DNA of 64,000 nucleotides from Anaeramoeba ignava BMAN (taxonomy: Eukaryota > Protista > Anaeramoebae): NCBI GenBank assembly GCA_028826165.1, contig JAPDFW010000022.1:566758-630757 (forward strand). Reading direction: 5' to 3'. Each line of letters opens with the position of its first letter. Positions within the stretch are counted from its first letter, which is position 1. The notes beneath the pieces are model-generated. The model saw only the letters and a list, made by a program, of their open reading frames with translations. It did no database searches and was not told the DNA's origin. The position numbers and the translations under genes are program-made. Of the stretch, positions 1 through 13,191 are shown piece by piece.

Positions 1-22
1 TTTTAAATTATAATCGTTTTAC

Positions 23-491
23 TTCATTATCAAGAATTGCTCCTTTTTCACATAAAATTCTAACTAATTCTGGATCTGAAGCATGAAGTAAAACATATTG
101 AATTGGATATGTTTTAGAATTATACTTTTAATTTTTGAAAAAAAAAGAAGAAAAAGAAAAATTCGTTTTTTTTTTTTCGAAATTTTTTTGACTGATTTTT
201 TTGATTAATTTTTCAAACAGTTTCCAATTCCTTAAATAAGAAAAATTAATAAAAAGTTTTTGATTAAAAAAAATAATTATTAGAATTTATATTTTTCAGT
301 GTTTTTTTCTTATTTAATTTTTTTTTATTAACTGGTTCATTAATTATTTCAATATTTTCTTCACAAATTAATTCAAAAGTTTTTGGATCAACTTTTTGAT
401 CAATTGCTTTAAAAAAAGGATTTAAAGATAATTCTCTAGTTTGATTTTCTTGAATTTGTGGTTCAGAACGAGCAAGAAGTTCAAAAAACAT
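23..491 (-). CDS. Ankyrin-repeat protein, 5' part (exons 491-333, 230-219, 124-23; continues off the left edge)
   Basis: ATG at 491 with TTTTCATTTT just upstream. Phase-0 GT..AG joins give MFFELLARSEPQ...NEP-ELET-YNSKTYPIQYVLLHASDPELVRILCEKGAILDNE, and ELVRILCEKGA is ankyrin-like. The 12-nt middle exon is inferred from splice signals and frame only. Confidence 0.55.
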
Positions 492-639
492 AAAGGAAAA
501 AAAAAAAGGAAGAAAAAATGAAAAATTTATAAGAAGAAAATAATTAATTTTTAACTGACGTTTCAATTAAAAAAAATTAAAAAAATTTAAAAAATTAAAA
601 ATTCATTTTTTTATTTTTATTTTTTATTTTTAATTTAAG

Positions 640-1191
640 ATGCAAAATAATGAAAATCAAGTAAACAAATCCAAAATAAATTTAAAAAGCAAATAAACCA
701 AAAAAAAAAAATATTTTTTAATACAAAATTAATTAAAAAAAATTTCTTTCTTTTTTCTTTTTTAATAAAAAAAATAACTAAATAAAAAGAGTAATTCAAA
801 CAAATCCAAATTAGAAATTGCAACAGAAAGAGCTCAGACGTTTGTAATGAAAATGATCAAAAGATGTGATAGAAAAATAACAGAAGAAAACAGAAGAAAA
901 GCTGAAAATATTATTCCAAGTAGAACAAGAAGTGGGAAAATTATAACAAATTTACCTGAAAAAGAAATTATTATTAGAAAAGAAAAAAAACAAAATGATA
1001 TTCAATTTCAAAAGAAAGCAAAGAAAACAAAACATAAAAAAATTCTTCGTCAAATTTTTGATTTTGAAGAAATTAGAAGAAGAGATATTTCTGATTTATT
1101 TATTGAAATGAGAGATCAAATGCATTCTTTAGAAACTGAAATTGAGAATTTAAAATCAAGTATTTTTTTTAATGATTTACAAGATAATTAA
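640..1191 (+). CDS. Hypothetical basic/coiled-coil protein (exons 640-660, 790-1191)
   Basis: TCATTTT at ~603, ATG 640, donor GTAAAC 661, acceptor AAG 787-789 in frame with ORF 847..1191. Contains RTRSGK and a C-terminal coiled coil. Confidence 0.55.
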
Positions 1192-1564
1192 TTAATTATT
1201 TAATTATTTAAAATAAGATCTGTTTGAAAAGCGAATTTGAAAAAAAAAAAAAAGAAAAGATTTTGTTTTATTTTTTTTTTCTTGTTTTATTTTTGCTTTT
1301 ATTTTTTTTAGTTAGCAAAATTAAAAATGAAAATATTTATAATAAAGAATTTAAAAAATTTAAAAAAATTAGATTTGATTTTGTTTTTGTTTTATTTTTG
1401 TTTTTATTCAAAAAAAATTTCTGTTTTTATTATTGATTAATCAATAAAAAAGATTTTGTTTGTATTGTTTGTTTTGAATCCAAAGAGAAAAAACAAAACA
1501 AAAACAAAAAAAAAACAAAAAAACAAATTTTGTTTTTGAGAAAAATAAAGAAAATGAATGGAAA

Positions 1565-4500
1565 CTAATTTTTTCCCAAAGCAGAATTCAATATGTGTTC
1601 TTTGACGTCTATTTTTTTATTTTAAAATGAATAAATAAATTAAGAGGTAAAAAAAAAAAATTTTTTTTCTTTTAGGGAAAATTTTTTTTTTTAAATAAAT
1701 TAATTTACTTTTAAAAACAACTTTAATGTTCTCAGTATTGGTTGCGCAAGTTGAATGACATTCAATTTGTTTTGAAGGACGTTTTGAAATACCCAAGAAT
1801 TTTTGTTTAATAAATTCTTGTGCAGTTTCGAAATCAGGACCACCAGTGTATTCAGGAAAACAAACTGACAAATCTGTCTTTTTAATCTTTTTTTCAAAAA
1901 TATCAATCTTATTCAAAAAGAGAATGATTCTTGTGTCTTGGAATAAATCGCTGTTACAAATCTCGTCAAATAATGAGAGTGATTCGGCCATTCTGTTTTG
2001 TGTTTCATCTTCTTCAAGTGTTTGATCATATTCGCTTGCTCCTACTAAGAAAATAATTGTTGTGACTCCCTTGAAATTATAATTATAATTATATTTATAT
2101 TTATATTAATTTCTATTTTAAAAATGTAAAAAAATTTTTTTTTACTTGAAAGCAATGAATCCTATTTTTTTATAAAAACGAAGATGAATTTTTATTAATT
2201 TTTAATTTTTATTTTTTTAATTTTTATTTTTTTAATTTTGATTTTAATTTTAATTTGATTTTAATTTTGATTTTAATTTTAAATTTAATTTTGATTTTAA
2301 ATTTAATTTTGAATTTGATTTTGATTTTGATTTTAAATTTTGATTTTGATTTTTGGATTTTGATTTAGATTTAGATTTTTATTTTAATTTTTATTTTGAT
2401 ATAAATTTATTTTGATTTTTGGATTTTGATTTTGATTTTAATTTTGATTTTGATTTTAATTTTAATTTTGATTTTAATTTACCATTTTTTTCTTTCATTT
2501 CTTTGTCCTCCAACATCAACCATTCGGAAAGAAAAATCTTCATCACTAAATTGAGTTTCGGTAATTCCTGTTGTTTTAACTCTAACATGAAGAATATCTT
2601 CAACAGATGGAACATAATCTGGTGATGATAAAACATTTAATTGATCAAGAAAACTATTTTGCATTTTAATTTTAATTTAAATTTTAATTTTAATTTTAAT
2701 TTTAATTTTGATTTTAAATTTTGATTTGAATTTTGAATTTGATTTTGATTTTGATTTTGAATTTTGATTTTGATTTTTAATTTGAATTTTGATTTTAATT
2801 TTGATTTAAATTTTGATTTTGATTTGAATTTTGGATTTGAATTTGATTTTGATTTTAATTTGAATTTGATTTTAATTTTGAATTTTAAATTTGAATTTTG
2901 ATTTGAATTTGATTTTGATTTAATTTTAAATTGAATTTTGATTTGAATTTGATTTTAATTTGAATTTGAATTTGAATTTGAATTTTGATTTTGATTTTGA
3001 TTTTGATTTAAATTTTGATTTTGATTTGAATTTTAAATTTTAATTTTAATTTTAAATTTTAATTTTAAATTTGAATTTTAATTTGAATTTGAATTTTAAA
3101 TTTAATTTTAATTTTGAATTTGAATTTGATTTTGATTTTAATTTTAATTTGAATTTTGATTTGAATTTGAATTTGAATTTGAGTTTAAATTTTGATCCAA
3201 AGCAAATAAATTACTATCCAGCTGATTCGTTAATTTGAAACTCAGAAGAATGTTCATATGTTTTTTTTAATCCTGGATCTTCCCATAATAATTTTGCATT
3301 ATTCCAAACTTCTTGAGAATAATTTTCATCAGTTAATGAAAGTGATTTAAAGTATTTTGCTCTTTCCTGTAAAAAAAATCAAAAAGAAAAAAAAAATTTT
3401 TTTTGATCAAAATGATTTAAAAGAAAAAAAAGTGGAAATTTAAAAGGAAATTTAATTAGAAAATTTAAATAGAAATTTAATTAGAAATTTAAATATAAAT
3501 TTAAATAGAAATTTAATTAGAAAATTTAATTAGAAATTTAAATATAAATTTAATTGGAAAATAAATATAAATTTAAATATAAATTTAATTAAAAATTTAA
3601 TTAGAAATTTAAATATAAATTTAATTGGAAATTTAAATATAAATTTAATTGGAAATTTAAATATAAATTTAATTGGAAATTTAAATGGAAAATTTAATTG
3701 GAAATTTAAATGGAAAATTTACAATATTATCAGGATTTGAATAATTTAATTCAAAGGCTTCAATTGCATTTGTTAAAGCACGCATATCTTGTAATATATT
3801 TCCATAAATAAAACTTTTAAATTCTTGCTTTTCTTTTTCTGTATACTTTTGATTATGTAAAATTCTCATTTGTTTTAAAAATGTACTTTTTCCTGAATCT
3901 CCAGATCCTTTTTATTTTATATTTTATATTTTATATTTTAAATTTTAAAAATTTTTTGTAAAACGTCATTAAATTTTGGATTTTCGATTTAATTTAAATT
4001 TCAAATTTCGAACAAAATTAAATTATAAATTAAAATATAAATAAAATTATAAATAAAATTATAAATTAAATTATAAATAAAATTATAAATTAAATTATAA
4101 ATTAAATTATAAATTAAAATTATAAATAAAATTATAAATTAAATTATAAATAAAATTATAAATTAAATTATAAATAAAATTATAAATAAAATTATAAATA
4201 AAATTATAAATAAATTTATAAATAAAATTATAAATAAAATTATAAATAAAATTATAAATAAAATTATAAATAAAATTATAAATTAAATTATAAATAAAAT
4301 TATAAATAAAATTATAAATTAAATTATAAATAAAATTATAAATTAAATTATAAATAAAATTATAAATAAAATTATAAATTAAATTATAAATAAAATTATA
4401 AATAAAAATATAAATAAAATTATAAATTAAATTATAAATTAAATTATAAATAAAATTATAAATAATTATTAATTAAATAATAAATAAAATTATAAATAAA

Positions 4501-5870
4501 ATTATAAATTAAATAATAAATTAAAATTATAAATAAAATTATAAATTAAATTATAAATAAAATTATAAATTAAATTATAAATTAAAAATTATAAATAAAA
4601 TTATAAATTAAAATTATAAATTAAATTATAAATAAAATTATAAAATAAAATTATAAATAAAATTATAAAAAAATTATAAATAAATTTATAAATAAAATTA
4701 TAAATAAAAAATAAAATTATAAATAAAATTATAAATAAAATTATAAATAAAATTTATAAATAAAATTATAAATTAAATTATAAATAAAATTATAAATTAA
4801 AAATTATAAATAAAATTATAAATTAAATTATAAATAAAAATTATAAATAAAAATTATAAATAAAATTATAAATAAAATTATAAAATAAAAATATAAACAA
4901 AAAAATAAATTAAATTATAAATAAAATTATAAACAAAATATAAATTATATAAATAAATAAAATTATAAATTAAATTATAAATTAAATTATAAATTAAAAA
5001 TATAAATTAAATTATAAATAAAATTATAAATAAAATTATAAATTAAAAATAAATAAAATTATAAAATAAAATTATAAATAAAATTATAAATAAAAATTAT
5101 AAATAAAAATTATAAATTAAATTATAAATAAAATTATAAATAAAATTATAAATAAAATTATAAATAAAATTATAAATAAAATTATAAATTAAATTATAAA
5201 TAAAATTATAAAATAAAATAATAAATAAATTAAAATTAAATTATAAATTAAAATTATAAATAAAATTATAAATTAAATTATAAATTAAATTATAAATTAA
5301 ATTATAAATTAAATTATAAATAAAATTATAAATAAAAATTATAAATAAAATTATAAATAAAATTATAAATAAAATTATAAATAAAATTATAAATTAAATT
5401 ATAATTTAAATTATAAATTAAATTATAAATTAAAATTATAAATTAAATTATAAATTAAATTATAAATAAAATTATAAATTAAATTATAAATTAAATTATA
5501 AATAAAATTATAAATTAAATTATAAATAAAATTATAAATTAAATTATAAATAAAATTATAAATAAAATTATAAATAAAATTATAAAATTATTTGATGAAA
5601 ATTTCGAATTAAGTTTTAAATTTTATTGAGGAATTAAAATAGGAAATTATTGGAATTTTAAATTAAATGATTTATTTTTTTCGTTATTTTTTATTTTAAA
5701 ATAATAAAAAAAATTTTTTTTTTTTTTTTGGATTTTTTTCTTAATAAATTACCAAGTAAAAGAACTTTAATTTCATTATCAAATTGTGCTCTGTCAGTAT
5801 TAAGTCGCTTTTCAATTTCTTTTGATCTTTCAAACTCTTTACTTGAAGCTCCTCCACCACAATTTCCCAT
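1565..5870 (-). CDS. Heterotrimeric G-protein alpha subunit, 7 exons (5870-5753, 3907-3723, 3366-3215, 2653-2483, 2161-2146, 2069-1709, 1608-1565)
   Basis: MGNC acylation start; [13 protein letters not shown]-loop, [28 protein letters not shown] and TCATNT motifs. All six junctions are GT..AG and frame-consistent. Confidence 0.95.
4020..5590. repeat. Intronic microsatellite (AAATTATAAATA/T)n in G-alpha intron 1
   Basis: About 1.55 kb of an ~12-nt A/T-only unit inside intron 3908-5752. Confidence 0.95.
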
Positions 5871-6279
5871 TAAAAGAAATATAAAGAAAAAATAGTTATA
5901 AAAGGAAATTAAAAGAAAATTAAAAAGGAAAAAGAAAAAAAAAAAAGAAAAAATGAAAGTGTTTTTTTCTGTTTATTTTTATTTTTTTTAATTTAAAAAT
6001 TTTTTTTTTTAACCCTCTTTTTATCTTATTAGAAATAGCAAATTAAAAAGAAAAATATAAAATAAAATAAAATTAATAAAAAAGGAAAAAATTAAAATCA
6101 AAATAAAAAATTGATGATCTTAAACTGATTTTTGATTGAAACTCCTAATTTATAATTTAATTTATATTTTTATTTTAAATTTATATTTATTATTTTTTTT
6201 TGCTTTCTTTTTATATCTTATTTTAATTCAAAAAAAAAAAAAAAAAAAATAAAAGAAAAAAAAAATTTTTTTTATTAAA

Positions 6280-6358
6280 GGTTTGCTCAGAAAAAAATTT
6301 ATCAATCATTATAAAGTCTGAGAGATTCCTATTGACAATTTATTCATCATAACAAACC
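6280..6358 (-). ncRNA. C/D-box snoRNA, U79/SNORD79-like (LSU rRNA 2'-O-methylation guide)
   Basis: Minus strand reads GGTTTG-TT-ATGATGA (C box)...GTCAATAGGAATCTCT-CAGA (D')...ATGATTGA (C')...CTGA (D)-GCAAACC, with a terminal stem GGTTTG/CAAACC. The guide is complementary to the conserved LSU GAGAUUCC segment and resembles the U79 guide GGGAATCTCT-CTGA (from recall). Confidence 0.85.
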
Positions 6359-6480
6359 AAATTAAATTATTAACTTAAATTATTAAATTAAATTATTTTT
6401 TTTTTTATAATTAATTTTTAATTTTTAAAAAATAAAAAAATGAAAAAAAAAAAATTAAAAAAAAAAAAATTTTTTTTCAA

Positions 6481-8503
6481 TTAAACTAATTCAAGAAGAA
6501 AATCAGAAATTACTGGACGATGATCAGATAAAGAGAATTTAGAAACTGAAGGAAATTCATTATCAGATAAATCTTGAGGTAAAAGAGAAGAAAATTTTGG
6601 AGAAATTTTGAAACGATATTTTTTAAAAGGGAGATTTTTTAGAGAATAATTTGAAAAATAATCCCGAATAATTGATTTATTTTTAACAAGATGAGAAATG
6701 ATAGAATAAATATCCAATTGTGGATTGTGGAAAAAAATATGATCAACATTTGTTTCTTCGCGCAAATGATTAATATGAGTTGCTAAAGGATCTCTTTTAT
6801 TGCATTCAAAAAAAGAAGAACGAAATCCAAAGCGAAAAATTGAATCATAAACTGAATCATATGATCCATTAAAATCTCCAACAAAAATAATTGGAATTCC
6901 ATCAATGAATTTGTTGATTTGTTTGGTTTTGATTCCTACTGTTTTGTGTCGGTAATTGGAGTTATAATTGTATCTTGTTGGTTTTGGAATTGAAAATTGT
7001 TTTAATTTTTGATTGATTTTGGTTATGATAGTGGATATTTGTTTTGATGATTTTTGGTCTTTTTGGAGATGAAAAAAAGGATTTTGATTTTGATTTTGAT
7101 TTTGATTTTGAATTTGATTTTGATTTTGATTTTGATTTTGATTTAAATTTTGGTTTTGATTTTGATTTTGATTTTGATATTGATTTTGATTTTGATTTTG
7201 ATATTGATTTTGATTTTGATTTTGATTTTGATTTTGATTTTGATTTTGATTTGTATTTAAATATTGATTTTGATTTTGATTTTGATTTTGATTTTGATTT
7301 TGATTTTGATTTTGATTTTGATTTTGATTTTTGATTTTGATTTTGATATAATTTTTGATTTTGATATAATTTTTGATTTTGATTTAAATTTTGATTTTGA
7401 TTTTGATTTTGATTTTGATTTTGATTTAAATGCTGAAATGGAAAATAATTTTGATCTAAATTTTGAAATTGAAAATAATTTTGATTTTGATTTTTGATTT
7501 AGATTTAGATTTTGATTTTGATTTTGAATTTGATTTTGAATTTGATTTTGATTATTTTGATTTTCATTTTGATTATTTTGATTTTCATTTTGATTTTGAT
7601 TTAAATTTTGAATTTGATTTTGATATAAATTTTGATTTTGGTTTTGGTTTTGATTTTGATTATTTTGATTTTGATTTTGATTTTGATTTTGATTTTGATT
7701 TTGATTTTGATTTTGATTTTGAAATATAAATTTGGATTTAAATTCAGATCATGTTTACAAACAGCAGAGAAATGATAATCATTAATCCAAGACAAAGATC
7801 GTTTAATTTGATTCAAACGAAGTTTCTTTTCATAAATTCCATGAGGAAAAGTCAAGTGAGTATTAGCAACAATAACTTCTGAACCATTTTGTTTAGAACG
7901 AAGATGACACAAAGTAATAACACGTTCATCTCCATCATTAAATTCAAGAAAATAATAAGCGATAAGATCGAATTTAGATTTTTTAATAAAAGTCATTAAA
8001 CCGTCTTGTTTGTGTTTTGTACGTTTTTTTTTAACGGCAATAAAATCAGTTCCCATTTCATTAAGAATAACTGGTTCGCTTTTCTTATTTAACCAGCATT
8101 CTTGAAGACAAATAATATCACTTTTGCTGTTCTTTATAAATTGAATTACGTTTTTTGTTCTTGGAATCCAAAGCTCAGGAAATAATCCTTCCCGAAACTT
8201 GTATGTATTTCCATCAAAAGCTTTTTTGTAAACTCTTTTATATGCTGGTGCTAATACATTAAAAGTTGCAATTCGAAATTTTGTTTTTTTTGTTTCCATT
8301 TCTTTTATTTGTTTTTTTTTTATTATTTTTTGACTTGTTTTTTGACTTATTTTTTGACTTGTTTTTTGACTTGTTATTTCTCTTTCTTTTGTTCTTGTTA
8401 TTGTTATATTTCTTGTTATTGTTGTTCTTAGTATTAGTTTGATTGTTTTTTGTGGTAATTTTGTTTTTTGTAACTTGGAAATGACTTGTATTTTTTTGAG
8501 CAT
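6481..8503 (-). CDS. EEP-family (CCR4/nocturnin/Angel-like) nuclease/phosphatase with a long (NQ)n insertion; frame breaks in the repeat
   Basis: ATFNVLA, IICLQE and ANTHL motifs in ORF 7601..8503; IIFVGDFN near 6870-6895, then VDHIFF and SDHRPV at the C-terminus. The halves are separated by (AAAATC)n at ~7080-7730. Confidence 0.85.
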
Positions 8504-8903
8504 TTATTCGCTTTTATTTTGAATTGAGGAAAAAAATGAATAAAAAATTTATTTTATTTTCTTTTTATTTTATTTTTATTTTATTTTTATTTTCTTTTTA
8601 TTTTTTTTATGTGGTTAATTTCTTCTAATTTTATATCCTTTTTAAATTCATTTTTATTTATATTGTTATTTCTATTTTGTTTTTGATCTTGTTTTTGGTT
8701 TTGTTTCTGTTATTATTTTTTTTGGTTTTATTTTTCTTTTTATTTTTATTTTTTGTTTTTATTTTTATTTTCATTTTTCATTTTTTTTTCAAATGAAAAA
8801 CAACGATAAAAACCATCAAAAAAAAGAAATTTAAATCACTAGATTAAAAAGTAAAAATTATTTTTCATTTTTCATTTTTCTTTAAATAAAATAAAAAAAA
8901 ACA

Positions 8904-10770
8904 ATGTCATTTAAAACAAAACATGAAAAAATCAAAAACAAACCAAACAAAGAAATCAAAATTCCTTCAACAAAAAAGAATATTTATCAAACTAAATCAT
9001 ATAAATCTAAAGTCAAAAAAATCAAAAATCAAAAAATCAAATCCACTTTCAAAAATTCAAAATTTTCAAATTTTAAATCAAAATCAAAAAAAATAAACAA
9101 AATCAAATTCAAATTCATTTTACAAACAAAATAAAATGAATAAAAAGAAAAACAAAAACAATATCAAAATCAAATTGAAACTGATTCTAATGATTCAAAT
9201 AGTTTAACTGATTCAAATAAAACTAGTTCAAATGAAGAAATAAGTGAAGATAGTGAAACAGATGAATATGAAAATGAAAAAGAAGATCTAATTGAAATTA
9301 AAAATGAAAATCAAACAATATTTAAAGAAAAATTCATAAATGATTTCCAAAATTTATTTGAAAATGAAAATAATAATTATTCTGATTTTGTTATCAAATC
9401 TGGAAAAAAATATTTTCAATTTAATTCTCATAAATCAATTTTATCTTTTCGTTCTCTTTATTTTGCTCTTCTTTTCAAAGAAAAATCAATAAATCAAATT
9501 GAATTTCCTGAAATTAGAAAACCAATTATGAAGAAAATTTTGGAATATATTTATACAAGTAAAACCCAAATTTCTAAATCAGAATTAATTGAAATGTTGA
9601 TAGTTTCAAATCAATTTCAATTAAATTTACTTTCCAAATTTATTGAAAATGAAATTATCAAAAATATTAATGAAAAAAATGTTTGTGATTATTTATTAAC
9701 AAATCAAAAAATGAAATCAAATCAATTAGAAAATGAATGTTTGAAATTTATTATTGATAATTTTGATAAATTTATTCAACAAAATAATACATTTAAATTA
9801 ACAAAAAAACAAATGAAATATGTTATTGAAAAAGGAACAACTAAATTCAAAAAAATTGGAATTGAATTATTTGAAATGATTAAAAAATGGATTGAACGAA
9901 ATGAACAAAAAAATAATAATGAAATTAATCAAAATATCCAAAAAGAAAAATTCAATAAAATTATCGAAAAATTTATTCCAAAAATTAATATTAAATGTTT
10001 AAAAAACAAAACATTAAAACAAATTAAAAAAATTGAATTTCTTCCAAATATATTTTTAATTGGAATTGAAAATCTTCGAAATGAAAGAATTTATCAAAAA
10101 CAAAAACTTGAAAATGAAAAAGAAAAAGATGAAAAATCGAAAAGAAAATCAAGAAATGAAACCAATTTATGAAGAAGAAAAAATGAAATTAAATAAAATA
10201 TTTGAAGAATCCCAAATTATTAAAGAAATTAAATTTATGAGAAAATTAAAAGAATGGATTCAAAATGAAGAATTTTTTAATAAAATGAAAATTGGATTTT
10301 CATGTCAAAAAGATGGGTTTTCATCACAAACATTTCATTCTAAATGTGATAATAAAGGGAAAACATTAGTAATTATTCAAACAACTAATAAATACATATT
10401 TGGAGGATTTACAGAAATTGGATTTATTTCAGGTTCAGATAGTTATATTAAAGATCCAAATGCTTTTATTTTCAGTTTAAAAAATCCAAAAAATAATATT
10501 CCACAAAAATTTGAAATTCAAAAAGGAAAAGAAGATTATGCAATTGCTTATGTTTCAGATGATGGTCCAAGATTTGGTGAATATCAAGAACAAAATCAAT
10601 ATTTTACTGATATTTGGATTTATTCAGATTTAAAAAGTGGAAATACAAATTTTGGAGCAACATATTCTCTTCCAAATGGATTAAAACATGGAACAAATGA
10701 AGCAAAAAGTTATTTAGCAGGATCTTATAAAGATTGGAAAATTGAAGAAATGGAAATTTATTTTATTTAA
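8904..10770 (+). pseudogene. BTB-(BACK-like)-coiled coil-TLDc protein, tandem copy 1 (frame-disrupted)
   Basis: HKSILSFRSLYF BTB motif and FHSKCDNKGKT/IFGGFT TLDc motifs. Frame breaks at ~9130-9170 and a small deletion at ~10135 relative to copies 3-5; may be a pseudogene or assembly error. Confidence 0.7.
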
Positions 10771-11060
10771 TTCAATTTCTTTTCCTAAATATTTTCTTTT
10801 TTAATCTTTTTATTTTTTCTTTTTTAAAATTTTAATTTTAATTTTAATTCTAATTTTAATTTTAATTCTAATTTTAATTTTAATTCTAATTCTAATTTTA
10901 ATTTTAATTTAAATTTTAAAAAAAAAAACAAAATTTTTTTTTTTTCATTTTTTTTTCTTTCAAATTTAAAAATATCCACTTTTTTTTAAATTCATTTTTT
11001 TTCTTTAAATAATAATAAAAAATAAACAAATACTTCAAAATTTATAAAAAGAAAAACAAA

Positions 11061-12926
11061 ATGAATAAAAAAGAAAAAACAAAAACAATAAAGAATTCAC
11101 AAATAAATCCAAATCCAATTCAAAAGTGATTCAAAAGAAGATTCAAAAAATGAAGAAAATCAAAAGTAAAAGAAAGTGAAACATCAAAAAAGAAAAATTC
11201 AAAAGAAGAATCAAAATCAAAATCAAAATCAAATTCAAAATCAAAATCAAAAGAAAAATCAAAATCAAAATCAAAATCAAAATCAAAATCAAAATCAAAA
11301 TCAAAAGAAGAATCAAAATCAAAATCAAAATCAAAATCAAAATCAATATCAAAATCAAATAGTTTAATTGATTCAAATGAAACTAGTTCAAATGAAGAAA
11401 TAAGTGAAGATAGTGAAACAGATGAATATGAAAATGAAAAAGAAGATCTAATTGAAATTAAAAATGAAAATCAAACAATATTTAAAGAAAAATTCATAAA
11501 TGATTTCCAAAATTTATTTGAAAATGAAAATAATAATTATTCTGATTTTGTTATCAAATCTGGAAAAAAATATTTTCAATTTAATTCTCATAAATCAATT
11601 TCATCTTTTCGTTCTCTTTATTTTGCTCTTCTTTTCAAAGAAAAATCAATAAATCAAATTGAATTTCCTGAAATTAGAAAACCAATTATGAAGAAAATCT
11701 TGGAATATATTTATACAAGTAAAATTCAAATTTCTAAATCAGAATTAATTGAAATGTGGATATTTTCAAATCAATTTCAATTAAATTTACTTTCCAAATT
11801 TATTGAAAATGAAATTATCAAAAATATTAATGAAAAAAATGTTTGTGATTATTTATCAAAAAATCAAAAAATGAAATCAAATCAATTAGAAAATGAATGT
11901 TTGAAATTTATTATTGATAATTTTGATAAATTTATTCAACAAAATAATACATTTAAATTAACAAAAAAACAAATGAAATATGTTATTGAAAAAGGAACAA
12001 TCAAATTCAAAAAAATTGGAATTGAATTATTTGAAATGATTGAAAAATGGATTGAACGAAATGAACAAAAAAATAATGATGAAATTAATCAAAATATCCA
12101 AAAAGAAAAATTCAATAAAATTATTGAAGAATTTATTCCAAAAATTAATATTAAATGTTTAAAAAACAAAACATTAAAACAAATTAAAAAAATTGAATTT
12201 CTTCCAAATATATTTTTAATTGGAATTGAAAATCTTCGAAATGAAAGAATTTATCAAAAACAAAAACAAGAAAAAATCCAAAAAGAAAATCAAGAAATGA
12301 AACCAATTTATGAAGAAATGAAATCAATTTATAAAGAAAAAATGGAATTAAACAAAATATTTGAAGAATCCCAAATTATTAAAGAAATTGAATTTATGAG
12401 AAAATTAAAAGAATGGATTCAAAATGAAGAATTTTTTAATAAAATGAAAATTGGATTTTCATGTCAAAAAGATGGATTTTCATCACAAACATTTCATTCT
12501 AAATGCGATAATAAAGGGAAAACATTAATAATTATTCAAACAACTGATAAATATATATTTGGAGGATTTACAGAAATTGGATTTATTTCAGGTTCAAATA
12601 GTTATATTAAAGATCCAAATGCTTTTATTTTCAGTTTAAAAAATCCAAAAAATAATATTCCACAAAAATTTGAAATTCAAAAAGGAAAAGAAGGTTATGC
12701 AATTCGTTATACAAAAGATGATGGTCCAAGATTTGGTGAATATCAGACAAATTATCTTTACAATGATATTTGGATTAGATCAGATTTAAAAAGTGGAAAT
12801 ACAGATTTTGGAGCAACATATTCTCTTCCAAATGGATTAAAACATGGAACAAGTGAAGCAAAAAGTTATTTAACAGGATCTTATAAAAATTGGAAAATTG
12901 AAGAAATGGAAATTTATTTTATTTAA
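11061..12926 (+). CDS. BTB-TLDc protein, tandem copy 2 (frameshift in low-complexity N-terminus)
   Basis: Near-identical to neighbours; ORF 11688..12926 is intact. The BTB motif is altered to HKSISSFRSLYF. Confidence 0.75.
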
Positions 12927-13191
12927 ATCAATTTCTTTTCCTAAATATTTTCTTTTTTAATCTTTTTATTTTTTCTTTTTTAAAATTTTAATTTTAATTT
13001 TAATTTTAATTTTGATTCTAATTTTAATTTTAATTCTAATTCTAATTTTAATTTTAATTCTAATTCTAATTTAAATTTTAAAAAAAAACAAAAACTATTT
13101 TTTTTCATTTTTTTTTTCATTTTTTTTCTTTCAAATTTAAAAATATCCACTTTTTTTAAATTCATTTTTTTTCTTTAAATAATAATAAAAA

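Noticed and set aside
6112-6128. Second C/D snoRNA (TGATGA...CTGA)
   Set aside because: The boxes are only ~7 nt apart, with no guide or terminal stem.
7044-7729. ORFs made of DFDF/ILIL/LNLN/FEFE (also 2419, 11143, 15508, 17658, 20921, 49095, 50336, 55024-55939)
   Set aside because: These are stop-free frames of hexamer repeats, mostly antisense to real genes or intronic.
8904-9134. Independent 76-aa gene
   Set aside because: Its end matches the N-terminal leader of the BTB-TLDc copies, so it is better treated as the disrupted 5' part of copy 1.
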